From assembly GCA_913040915.1 (NCBI GenBank), contig CAJWHW010000003.1, positions 20,145 through 84,144 on the forward strand: a stretch of DNA of 64,000 nt, written 5' to 3'. Positions 47,864 through 57,215 of this stretch are shown piece by piece. This stretch comes from an uncultured Fidelibacterota bacterium. GTDB taxonomy: Bacteria > Fidelibacterota > Marinisomatia > Marinisomatales > UBA1611. The notes beneath the pieces are model-generated. The model did not search any database. It was not told the DNA's origin and saw only the letters and a program-made list of their open reading frames with translations. Made by a program: the position numbers and the translations under genes. Numbering within the stretch: the stretch's first letter is position 1; the number at the start of each line of letters is the position of its first letter.

Positions 47864-48916
47864 TTAGAGTACGTTTTGAGCAAACAGTTTTGGATTCTCT
47901 GCAATAGACTGGGCCATTTTTCTCTCAATAAGACCTTGAGTAACTAAACGCTGTAGATCCTGGTCTAGTGATTGCATACCATCTGTTCCACCGGATTGAA
48001 TAATGGACGGTATCTGATAGATTCGATCTTCACGGATCAAATTTCGAATGGCAGTGTTTGCGATCATAACTTCACAGGCAGGAACCCTCCCTTTTGCGTC
48101 TTTTGTTTTCAATAGCTTTTGAGCAATGACTGCTTCTAAACTCTCTGAGAGCATAGAACGTATCTGTCCCTTCTGTCCCGTTGGAAAAATATCAATGATA
48201 CGGTCTATCGTTTTGACAGCACTTGATGTATGCAGTGTTGACAATACTAAGTGACCCGTTTCTGCGGCAGTTAACGCAAGAGAAATAGTCTCTAAATCGC
48301 GCATCTCACCGACCAAAATTACATCTGGGTCTTCACGAAGGGCAGAGCGCATTGCATTTGCGAAACTATGTGTATTGGCCCCTAGCTCACGTTGATTAAT
48401 CAGGCTTTCTTTTGTATGGTGGTAGTACTCTACAGGATCTTCAATAGTAATAATATGACATTTACGTTGAGTATTGATGTGGTCTACCATCGCCGCTAGA
48501 GTGGTACTCTTACCTGATCCGGTTGGCCCTGTTAGAAGAACCAATCCGCGGTCAATTAGAGCTAAATTTTTTAATACGGGTGGGATGCCTAAATCATCAA
48601 AATCTTTAACAACTTCAGGTATCGTTCTGAAAACTGCTGCCAAACCTTTGATCTGATTAAAAAAATTGACACGGAACCTTCCCTTACCTTCTAAACTAGC
48701 TGAAAAATCAATCTCTTTTCTTTCTTCAAAAATTTGAATTTGATCTTCATCCAGAACCTGAGGAATAATCGCTTCCATTTCTTCTTGTTTAAGTGGCTCC
48801 ATGTTTAATGGTTTCATAACACCATTAATCCGAACCATTGGTATAGAACCGACACTTAAGTGAAGATCAGAAGCGCCGCTATCTACAGAATAAGAAAGTA
48901 ATTGATTTAGGTCCAT
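47864..48916 (-). CDS. pilT: Type IV pilus retraction ATPase
   Basis: ASDLHL, GPTGSGKSTTLAAM, LREDPDVILVGEMRD and the PilT-specific AIRNLIRE motif. Confidence 0.97.
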   Translation of the reverse strand: MDLNQLLSYSVDSGASDLHLSVGSIPMVRINGVMKPLNMEPLKQEEMEAIIPQVLDEDQIQIFEERKEIDFSASLEGKGRFRVNFFNQIKGLAAVFRTIPEVVKDFDDLGIPPVLKNLALIDRGLVLLTGPTGSGKSTTLAAMVDHINTQRKCHIITIEDPVEYYHHTKESLINQRELGANTHSFANAMRSALREDPDVILVGEMRDLETISLALTAAETGHLVLSTLHTSSAVKTIDRIIDIFPTGQKGQIRSMLSESLEAVIAQKLLKTKDAKGRVPACEVMIANTAIRNLIREDRIYQIPSIIQSGGTDGMQSLDQDLQRLVTQGLIERKMAQSIAENPKLFAQNVL

Positions 48917-48921
48917 AAAAT

Positions 48922-49335
48922 CTATTCTTCTTCTGGTGAACCGTAACCGCTAAATCTACCATTATCCGCATCGTAGACTACAACCTTACCTGCACCACCA
49001 GACATTTCTTCAGTACTTGTAGCAGTAATCCTACCTCCTTGATCACTGAGTGCGATATCAAATGACCATTTTAGTTTGGTGGAGCGTTCTACGTCAAGTT
49101 TCCCGGCTCTTTCTAGCTGATCAATTTCTGATGGCCATTCGCCCTTTTCTTGATAATACATTTTGGAAGCATTACTAACATTAGACATCACTGTTCTTGC
49201 TTCGGATGCGTAACCACTACTTACTAAATCAAAATAAGTTGGTAGCGCGATTACCGCCAGAATAGCAACAATTACAACAACAACCATTATCTCAATCATC
49301 GTGAAGCCTGATTGTATTTTCTTTTTAAGGTTCAT
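48922..49335 (-). CDS. pilA: Type IVa pilin, probable major pilin
   Basis: MNLKKKIQSG|FTMIEIMVVVVIVAILAVIALP; start set at ATG 49335 (AGGAG upstream); first gene of the pil run. Confidence 0.85.
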   Translation of the reverse strand: MNLKKKIQSGFTMIEIMVVVVIVAILAVIALPTYFDLVSSGYASEARTVMSNVSNASKMYYQEKGEWPSEIDQLERAGKLDVERSTKLKWSFDIALSDQGGRITATSTEEMSGGAGKVVVYDADNGRFSGYGSPEEE

Positions 49336-49433
49336 TGTTCCCCATCTCCTTTTTATCATTATTTTTTTGAAAATTAGGTGTAAAGACAGACCTCCCATAT
49401 AGGATCCTATTGCCCTAACTCAAAATGAAAACG

Positions 49434-49461
49434 AAAAAAAGTGTGATTTCACTCACACTTT
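49434..49461. promoter_or_regulatory. Inverted repeat AAAGTGTGA-N6-TCACACTTT: CRP/FNR-family box and/or intrinsic terminator of the upstream M6 gene
   Basis: TGTGA at 49442-49446 and TCACA at 49453-49457, 6-nt spacer; on the minus strand the hairpin is followed by T7 (49434-49440). Confidence 0.6.
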
Positions 49462-49468
49462 AGACAGA

Positions 49469-52400
49469 TTATTTTAGATAGAGAACTTTTTTAGTTTGAC
49501 TGAAAGAGTGGGTGGTAAGCCTTACAAAATAAATTCCAGTTGGAGCAGGTAAGCCATTTTCATCAGTTGCATCCCATTTTATGGAATATTTCCCCTGGTC
49601 AAGGTATCCCTGTTTCAGAATCCGAATCATTCTGCCATTTAAATCATAAACTTTCAGATTCACAAAATCAAATTCAGCAATATCAAATGAAATAGATGTT
49701 ATTGGATTAAATGGATTTGGTATTGGGTTATTTAACCTGTATTTGGTGGGGAGAGAGTTATTTGAACTAATATCCAACAAATTATCTAATTGATAGACAA
49801 CACCATTGAATTCAATTTCTTCAAAATCGTATAGGTGATCAGTCCCATCTCTTCCAGGAACTAGATCTATAATTTGGAAAGATGAATCTCCGGTTATCTC
49901 AGGTGGTAAAATCGCATAATAGGGGTAATCACCTTGAAAAATTGCACGATCATTTCCATCACCTCCATGCAAAATATCTTCACCATCATAACCGATAAAT
50001 TGATTATCACCATCATTACCTACTATTGCATTGGAAAAGCTATTGCCATAAAAGTTAATAGATGTTTCACCAGAAACTTTGAAATTTTTAAGATACTGGG
50101 ATCGGTATGTATAGTCCAGACCAATCTGCTTTTCTAAATAAAAATCTGAACTAAATCCATCAGGTAAAACCGCTGTATATTCCCAAGCCTCACCAAAAAA
50201 CCCGTTTATTATTGCATACAATGATGGATCACCAGCTTCCATCGCTTCCCTAGTTATAAAAGCATATTCGTTATCACCACAGTAGCCATTACCATTTGGA
50301 TCATGTGACCAAATACCAAAATAACATTCAAGCCCCATTGCTAGATATTCTTCATCATAATCTTCTACAGGAAGGTCATTTAATGGGTTGTAAATATCAT
50401 TATTCATTGCATTTTCCATGGCAGATTCTAAAGCGACTTGCATAGCAGGTAGGGCAAGCTGAATGCCAAAGCCATGGACAAAGTGTAAAACTTCTTCAAA
50501 AGTAGCATCACGCTCTGAACTATTCATGTATTGTGGTGTCCCTTCAGGAAAAACCTCAAAAGCCAATAGGTCTTGGCCATTTACCCCTGCATCAATTAAC
50601 GCCCACAGATCTGGGTTTTCATATTCATCTTCATCGTTGAGTAAAAACATAATCGCATTACTGACGGCAATAGCGTCAGCAATATTAGACTTATCACTCC
50701 CCCAATCACTGCCAGGAATATTAGTAAGATAAGATTCTAGTACTTTTCGAGCGTGCAGGATTTGAGCATCCGTAAACTCATCCTGGATAAGGAATTGAAT
50801 TAAGTCGCCATTTGGCGCAACAATGTGAGTATACCTGGAAGCAACAGCTGTGAATAATGGATCCACATCATCTGGAAGGTTCACAATGCCATTTTCAGAT
50901 GAAGAAATATTAATATTAGGTAATGTTGGAGTTGCATTATCACCTGTAACATATAAGTTCACATCTATAGAAGCGGGTTCAACATTATAAGCAGAAACAT
51001 TGATTTTTGCAGAATACAGACCTTCTTCTAAACCGCTTGTAACTGCCTGAACATAAATCTCTGTTGATTCTCCACCAAAAAGGACACCAGATAAATTGCC
51101 AGAGCTTGAAGATAAGATCATCCACGGAACATCTTCGTCCGAAACATCTGCCTTCCAGGTGTATCCACTAGAGATAAAAGCTTCATTAGCAGCGATTTGT
51201 GTTGCCATGGTGCCATCACTATTTTGAAATCCAATGGTACCTGAATTAACAACCCCATTCATTTCACGATAATTAGTGCAGAATGATCCATCGGCATAGA
51301 GTACAATCTGAAAATCAAATTGGCCCCAATCATCTTGGTTCCAACGAACTATATCATTAAACCAAATAACTGCTCTATCTTGATCTACATGATAAAATAT
51401 ATCTCCAGCCGAATTTGTATTTCCATCATCATTATTGGGATTTAAATCATCCCAGAATCCAAATATTGCGGGACGGGGTGCACTTTGCGATGGCAGCTCA
51501 CTATTTAGCCATGCATTTTCATTCGTATTATCCCATCCTATCCAACCATTTGCATTTACGAGAACATAATTATAGGATTCACCATAAAACTCAAACTCAA
51601 ATGGCAATTCAATAGGGGCATCAGCAAAAAGATCATTGTGAGATAAATTAACCTGTAAAGCATTATCATCAATATCAACCCATTCGTATTCCATTCCCGG
51701 CTCTTGAGATGCTGAAGCCCAGTAATAATTCCCACCATCTGGGCCACCACTCGGATTTAAAAAAGGTAGATTTCCAGATTCATTTACCATGTATTCCAAT
51801 TGAGATTCAGCTTCACCTCCATTTGTCAGGGTTACCGTCTGATTATCAAAATCTCCCACAGCTAAATTAAAGTTTATTTCTTCTGAATTGAGATCAATGA
51901 TTGGCACACCGAAAGAGACTGTAAATGAAATAGTTTCTCCTGCACTGGTCACATTTAACAAATTTAATCCACCATCAGCACCGTTACCGTAATTATAGAG
52001 GTAGCAGGCTGGATCTGTCCCATCATTCAGTGCTGTATGAGCATAATCAGAGCTATAAGGAGCTGCACCAAAATTACCATTGTAAACAAGTGTCCCCCCC
52101 GGCCTATATAAATAGACTTCATCAGGCGGTCCACTCGCGTTACCGTTACCTGCTAGTGTGTTAATTCTGTAAACGAGAAGACCATTACGATTTCCGGGAG
52201 TATTGATTTCGTATATCCCTTCCTTTTTACGATATTCTAGCACATAATACTCAGTATCCGAATTTGGCGATGCAATTTTATAAATAGCGTTCTCCTGCTG
52301 CTGAAGGGGATTCAGTGTGTAGGTTCCAGTTTCAGTAATCTCTGGTAAATCAGGGAGCCAATCACCGTATTTCCATTTCATGAAAGCACCTGGATATTGC

Positions 52401-53443
52401 GGAGGATCAGTATTTGCTTCCATTACATCCCAACCGCCCACAGCTTGTGGAGCACCACCCCCATCATAGTGGTATAAATCAGGAGCACCCAAAACATGGA
52501 AAAATTCATGGCAAAGTACCCCAACATTGAAATACCAAGACTCTGATAACATAAATAAATAATCAGATACCTGCGCACCGTTTATCATCACTGTTTGGGT
52601 ATATAAGGACCAGCGGTGTGGCCATAAAAGATCGGCCCAGTCACCGGGGCCTCCATAAATAACAAAAGAAATTGCATCCACATATCCATCATCATTTGCA
52701 TCTATATCGTATAGAGGGGAAACTTGACCCGCAATTGAGTTCAAAGCATTTGCTAATAAAGTGTGTTCTCTCTGTGTCCTCTCTGTATTATTTTGATAGC
52801 CATTGGTATTATTCCCAGAATATGGCTCATAATAGCTCCTAGGATAAGGATCTTGATAGGATGCATTAAAATCACCAACAGTATGTGGAAAGTGAAATGT
52901 ATTTACCAACAAAGTATTGTAAGACACTTCCCAGTAATAATGTTTTAGGGATGGCTCATCATCATCAGTCTGAAAAACTACGTCATAATACGATCTTGGA
53001 TTTGCAAATTCAGGATCATCAGAAAAGCGGATAAAAACATTGATCTGCGAAATCTCTCCGGAAGTGGGTGCATCTCTAGTACCGTGGTTGGATGAGCCAC
53101 TAAAATAGAAATTTTTATTTCGTTCATATTCTTCAACAGAAATTGCCAGGCCAGGAGATAAGCCATATGATTCCGGGTCCCCATTACCAACAATCAGCTC
53201 TGAAGAGACTAGGTTTCCATTCAAATCTTTACGAGCATAGTGGTAATATCCATCGGTCTCATTTAATAATATAGTAAAGTCATTTTTATCATGAAGCCGT
53301 CTTCCAAATTGATCTCCTGTAACATAACAGTCAATTTTTACTCCATTGGGCTGGTAAATGGTTCTGGGAATATTATCAAACCATGTGGCAAAAATGAACG
53401 GACATGATAGAAAGGTTATTAAATAACGTGCAATAAGTTTCAT
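49469..53443 (-). CDS. Secreted M6 (immune inhibitor A-like) metalloprotease, multidomain, with C-terminal sorting domain
   Basis: QPNG propeptide, WPHRW, HEFFHVLGAPDLY, WDVM; NIDO-like domain; EEVLHFVH domain; GGDGND repeats; PNPFNP...KKVLYLK tail. Confidence 0.9.
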   Translation of the reverse strand: MKLIARYLITFLSCPFIFATWFDNIPRTIYQPNGVKIDCYVTGDQFGRRLHDKNDFTILLNETDGYYHYARKDLNGNLVSSELIVGNGDPESYGLSPGLAISVEEYERNKNFYFSGSSNHGTRDAPTSGEISQINVFIRFSDDPEFANPRSYYDVVFQTDDDEPSLKHYYWEVSYNTLLVNTFHFPHTVGDFNASYQDPYPRSYYEPYSGNNTNGYQNNTERTQREHTLLANALNSIAGQVSPLYDIDANDDGYVDAISFVIYGGPGDWADLLWPHRWSLYTQTVMINGAQVSDYLFMLSESWYFNVGVLCHEFFHVLGAPDLYHYDGGGAPQAVGGWDVMEANTDPPQYPGAFMKWKYGDWLPDLPEITETGTYTLNPLQQQENAIYKIASPNSDTEYYVLEYRKKEGIYEINTPGNRNGLLVYRINTLAGNGNASGPPDEVYLYRPGGTLVYNGNFGAAPYSSDYAHTALNDGTDPACYLYNYGNGADGGLNLLNVTSAGETISFTVSFGVPIIDLNSEEINFNLAVGDFDNQTVTLTNGGEAESQLEYMVNESGNLPFLNPSGGPDGGNYYWASASQEPGMEYEWVDIDDNALQVNLSHNDLFADAPIELPFEFEFYGESYNYVLVNANGWIGWDNTNENAWLNSELPSQSAPRPAIFGFWDDLNPNNDDGNTNSAGDIFYHVDQDRAVIWFNDIVRWNQDDWGQFDFQIVLYADGSFCTNYREMNGVVNSGTIGFQNSDGTMATQIAANEAFISSGYTWKADVSDEDVPWMILSSSSGNLSGVLFGGESTEIYVQAVTSGLEEGLYSAKINVSAYNVEPASIDVNLYVTGDNATPTLPNINISSSENGIVNLPDDVDPLFTAVASRYTHIVAPNGDLIQFLIQDEFTDAQILHARKVLESYLTNIPGSDWGSDKSNIADAIAVSNAIMFLLNDEDEYENPDLWALIDAGVNGQDLLAFEVFPEGTPQYMNSSERDATFEEVLHFVHGFGIQLALPAMQVALESAMENAMNNDIYNPLNDLPVEDYDEEYLAMGLECYFGIWSHDPNGNGYCGDNEYAFITREAMEAGDPSLYAIINGFFGEAWEYTAVLPDGFSSDFYLEKQIGLDYTYRSQYLKNFKVSGETSINFYGNSFSNAIVGNDGDNQFIGYDGEDILHGGDGNDRAIFQGDYPYYAILPPEITGDSSFQIIDLVPGRDGTDHLYDFEEIEFNGVVYQLDNLLDISSNNSLPTKYRLNNPIPNPFNPITSISFDIAEFDFVNLKVYDLNGRMIRILKQGYLDQGKYSIKWDATDENGLPAPTGIYFVRLTTHSFSQTKKVLYLK

Positions 53444-53479
53444 GGATTTAATTAATTATTATACAGACAGAATGGATAC

Positions 53480-54229
53480 TTACTTCAGAAGCACCATTTT
53501 GTAGGACTTAGAGTAGTCATCAGTCAATAAACGATAAATATAGGTTCCTCCACTCAATTCGTCACCAAAATCATTTCGGCCTTCCCAGATGTAATGGACC
53601 TTTCCTGCTGGTAAAATACCCTGGTGAAGTGTCTTCACGGCTTCACCCTTGATATTGTAAATAATAAGGCTGCCTTGTGTAGTATTTTTTAATTCTACCA
53701 CAATTGTTGTGGATGGGTTAAACGGATTTGGATAATTTTTATTAAGTGAAACTTTTGATGGGATGGTCTCATCTACGGTCAGGGTTGTCCTTGAAACAAT
53801 AATCTCATGATGGGTTTCAGAGTCTAGAGTGTGATACTCTGCTATAAAAGTATCATCATCCAAATGCACAAGATTATAAATGATTTCTTCAAAACCCACT
53901 GTTCCAATAGGCGTTATCCAACGTCTTAAGAATATCAATTCATTTGTTAACTTGTTTAAGCCAATATAATGATAGGCCCAATTCAGAGTATTGTCATAAA
54001 TAAAGTCTGAAGTTGCAGTATAGATCAAGAAACCTTCTCGGTCACCGCCTTCTGAAATTTCAATAGAGATACTCTTATTTTGGTAAGATGTTATTGGGCT
54101 GTGTAGATTCTCAACACCATTCCAATTACCTATGAAATCTCCTAAAATTTGGGCATAGAGACTTCCACCCGCAGTAATGGATACTGCGATTATCAGTAAT
54201 TTTAATTTACTTAGGCTATTCATGGGCAT
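53480..54229 (-). CDS. Small secreted protein with C-terminal sorting (FlgD-Ig-like) domain
   Basis: Signal peptide; NYPNPFNPST...WEGRND.G...GTYIYRL...KMVLLK. Confidence 0.8.
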   Translation of the reverse strand: MPMNSLSKLKLLIIAVSITAGGSLYAQILGDFIGNWNGVENLHSPITSYQNKSISIEISEGGDREGFLIYTATSDFIYDNTLNWAYHYIGLNKLTNELIFLRRWITPIGTVGFEEIIYNLVHLDDDTFIAEYHTLDSETHHEIIVSRTTLTVDETIPSKVSLNKNYPNPFNPSTTIVVELKNTTQGSLIIYNIKGEAVKTLHQGILPAGKVHYIWEGRNDFGDELSGGTYIYRLLTDDYSKSYKMVLLK

Positions 54230-54413
54230 TATTTATTGAAGTAAAATATACATTCAATCCGACCACAAATAGAATAGTGTAAGAAGATTATTTGAGCTGT
54301 CTCATAATTGGTCTGTTGGTGACCCTTACATTTTAATATGCTTATCAAATAACCTAGCGTTTGACTCTTAATTCATAAGTTATATATTAAAAACAAATTA
54401 TTGATGATGATGA

Positions 54414-57095
54414 TTATTTTAGGTATAACATTTTGCGACTAAAAGTACCTTCAACTGTTTCTAAACTGTAAATATACATACCAGTTGTAACTTTTTCTCC
54501 TGAAGAATTTTTCCCATCCCAGACAGTACTATAAATTTTCCCTTTAATACCACGATCTTCTAATAATATATTCACCAGTTGACCATTCAAATTAAATATT
54601 TTTAAAGAGAAAAACCCATCTTCTCCCAGAGTGAATTGAATAGTTGTCACAGGGTTAAAAGGATTCGGGAAATTTTGAATTAAATTAAATTTATTTGCGG
54701 TTATTTCTTCCCTGATAGATACTGATGAACTGCAAACATCCGTAAATGCACCTATAATACCACCTGTATCAGAAGAAGTCCTACATACAGATATTTGATC
54801 CAGACCATAATCAAATACAGACTCATCGCAAAATCTCGGATTTTCATTTATTATACCATCACCAATATTTAATGTAAAATTCTCATAATTCTCCAAGGCA
54901 GTCTCACCCCCATCAATATCTGAATATGAAATAGCAAGAGCTGTAAGCCCACTGGATTGAGATGAGTAAAATTGATCGCCTGAATTATCCCATAATATTG
55001 AATTGACTATTTCAATAGCCGCACCATGGCAGGTCATTACGGAACCTGTTCCGGAAATATTTCCTTCAAATGTTGTTTGATTTAATTCAATTGCTGCCTC
55101 ATGTGCTACAATACCAGCACCAAAATCGTAGCCCAAATTCTGTTCAAAGGATGTCCACTTCACTTCTCCGGTTCCGCCAAATTGATACAGTCCGCCTCCT
55201 TCAATAAGTGCTTCATTATTTCTTAAACGACTGTTTAAGATGATCGGATCAGCATTTTCTGAATACATTCCAGCACCCCAATATGCAATATTATCTCTGA
55301 TCAACATTTGATCAAATATGGGATTACCATCGGTAGTATATATTCCACCGCCAATATTCGATCCATTATTTTGAATTGTACATTGAATAAATTCTGCATT
55401 TGAACCGGAAAGAAATACTCCACCTCCAATTTCAGCTGTATTATCTTCAACTACAATACCTATAAATGTAGGTGAACAATTTTCTACAACAATGCCTCCT
55501 CCGTAAGGTACAGTTCCACCGCGAAATGAAATTCCCCGTATTACGGCATCATTATTTGAATCGCCTTCGAGAACAAAACAGGAGCCCCCAAGTGGACCCG
55601 GAACAAAAGTTGTTTCTTCTACAAGTGCCAAATTATCTAATTCAAATGCCTGAGATTCTAGAATAATTGCTTTCGAATCAAAGTCAATATCATCATAATA
55701 AATATTCGGAGTCAAACGAATTGTATCTCCGTCAGATGAAACATTGATCGCATGCTGTATCGTTGCAAACGGAGTTTCAAAACTTCCATCACTGGCATCA
55801 CTCCCATTCATATCAACATACCAAACAGGCCCTAGGTTAACAGGACCACAAGCTGATTGAAAGCATCCCATCAATGAACCATCTTCACCGCTAGTAAGAC
55901 ATGGTGAATTTTCTCTTAAATAATAATTGCCTGATGCTGTATTACAAAAATAAGGATCTCCATCTATATTTCCATCTTCCCAGTTTATTTCACCATTTTC
56001 ATTTACAATAATTCCATCTTCACCATTCTCGAATAAACAGTAACTTACACTGATTTCTAAATCAGCACCTGTGGAACGAAAATAAACTTGTGTTTCTTCG
56101 TTTCCCCATACGATTGAGTTATTTAAAAATACAATTGCCTCATCTCTCATATAAATTCCGCCACCGTAAGACGCTGCAGAATTGTTTGCAATTGTCGCGT
56201 GAGATAATTGAGTTTGAGATGGGTTTCTGATATAAAGCCCTCCACCAGAGCTAGATGAATTTCCTGCAACCAATAATGTGTCTATTATTGGACTGGATTC
56301 ATTAATATATAATCCACCTCCTAGTCCGTCTGCTGTATTGTTATAAATATATAGATTGGTTGCGACTAGATTAGCATCGTCTTTTAATACGACTGCCCCG
56401 CCAGAATTATTAGCTGAATTTTCGTAAAATGATACATTTACCATAATTGGTGAATCATCACGTATGTAACATCCTGCACCAAAATCAGCAACATTTTCAG
56501 TAAAAACACAATCATAAAATTCTGGACTGGATCCGCTTCTGGAGTAGAAACCACCGCCAACATCATCAGTCTCATTTTCAATAAAAACACAATTATAAAA
56601 TTTAGGTGAAGCATTATAACAGAAAGCACCACCGCCGCCGCCTTCATCACCCACATTTTCCTTTATGATGCAATCCTTTATGATAGGATCGCTATTTTCA
56701 CAATAAATACCTCCACCGTATGTATAATATGTCCCATTATTATCTGGATCTTCTAGATTGCCAATTCCATTTCTCAGGGTAAATCCCTGTAAAATAGAAT
56801 AATTATTTTCATCAGAGTCAAATGTTACTACACTGCCACTTTCTTGCGCATCAATTATAGTAGCTTCGATCATCATGGAATCAGTATCTACTGCGAAATA
56901 AGATGCAACTAGGATCTCTTTACCGTTAAAATCAATTCCTTCATTATATATACCAGGTGCCACCAATACAGAGTCACCATCTGAAGCAGCATTAATCCCA
57001 CTCTGAATCGTGGAATAATCATTGGGGACCAATATTATTTCAGCATTTAGTATTGAGTATAGTGCAATAAAAGAAGCAAAGGGTTTAAATTTCAT
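54414..57095 (-). CDS. Secreted tandem right-handed beta-helix protein with C-terminal sorting domain
   Basis: Two units starting VPNDYSTIQSGI and PFATIQHAI; many N-x-A...GGG[IL]Y repeats; NFPNPFNP...KMLYLK tail. Confidence 0.85.
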   Translation of the reverse strand: MKFKPFASFIALYSILNAEIILVPNDYSTIQSGINAASDGDSVLVAPGIYNEGIDFNGKEILVASYFAVDTDSMMIEATIIDAQESGSVVTFDSDENNYSILQGFTLRNGIGNLEDPDNNGTYYTYGGGIYCENSDPIIKDCIIKENVGDEGGGGGAFCYNASPKFYNCVFIENETDDVGGGFYSRSGSSPEFYDCVFTENVADFGAGCYIRDDSPIMVNVSFYENSANNSGGAVVLKDDANLVATNLYIYNNTADGLGGGLYINESSPIIDTLLVAGNSSSSGGGLYIRNPSQTQLSHATIANNSAASYGGGIYMRDEAIVFLNNSIVWGNEETQVYFRSTGADLEISVSYCLFENGEDGIIVNENGEINWEDGNIDGDPYFCNTASGNYYLRENSPCLTSGEDGSLMGCFQSACGPVNLGPVWYVDMNGSDASDGSFETPFATIQHAINVSSDGDTIRLTPNIYYDDIDFDSKAIILESQAFELDNLALVEETTFVPGPLGGSCFVLEGDSNNDAVIRGISFRGGTVPYGGGIVVENCSPTFIGIVVEDNTAEIGGGVFLSGSNAEFIQCTIQNNGSNIGGGIYTTDGNPIFDQMLIRDNIAYWGAGMYSENADPIILNSRLRNNEALIEGGGLYQFGGTGEVKWTSFEQNLGYDFGAGIVAHEAAIELNQTTFEGNISGTGSVMTCHGAAIEIVNSILWDNSGDQFYSSQSSGLTALAISYSDIDGGETALENYENFTLNIGDGIINENPRFCDESVFDYGLDQISVCRTSSDTGGIIGAFTDVCSSSVSIREEITANKFNLIQNFPNPFNPVTTIQFTLGEDGFFSLKIFNLNGQLVNILLEDRGIKGKIYSTVWDGKNSSGEKVTTGMYIYSLETVEGTFSRKMLYLK

Positions 57096-57215
57096 TTTAA
57101 CAACTTTATGTGAAACAAAAATTAAGATATTTATTCAAGTATTTCAGGATGGATGTGGGTACTTCCGGTATTAATTTTATGCTGATTTTTACATGAACTA
57201 GTAAAGAAAACGTAT

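Noticed and set aside
48922..49305. Pilin as an electrically conductive e-pilin
   Set aside because: Aromatics at mature positions 1, 24, 25, 32, 50, 51 and 57, but position 27 is Leu and content is about 12/127. No multiheme cytochromes are nearby, and these positions are common in ordinary T4a pilins.
33630..49335. Calling the locus a classical type II secretion system
   Set aside because: PilT with AIRNLIRE and an actin-like PilM with PilN/PilO indicate type IVa pilus.
49336..49398. Longer pilin start given in the track
   Set aside because: ATG 49335 gives a typical short basic class III leader with AGGAG upstream.
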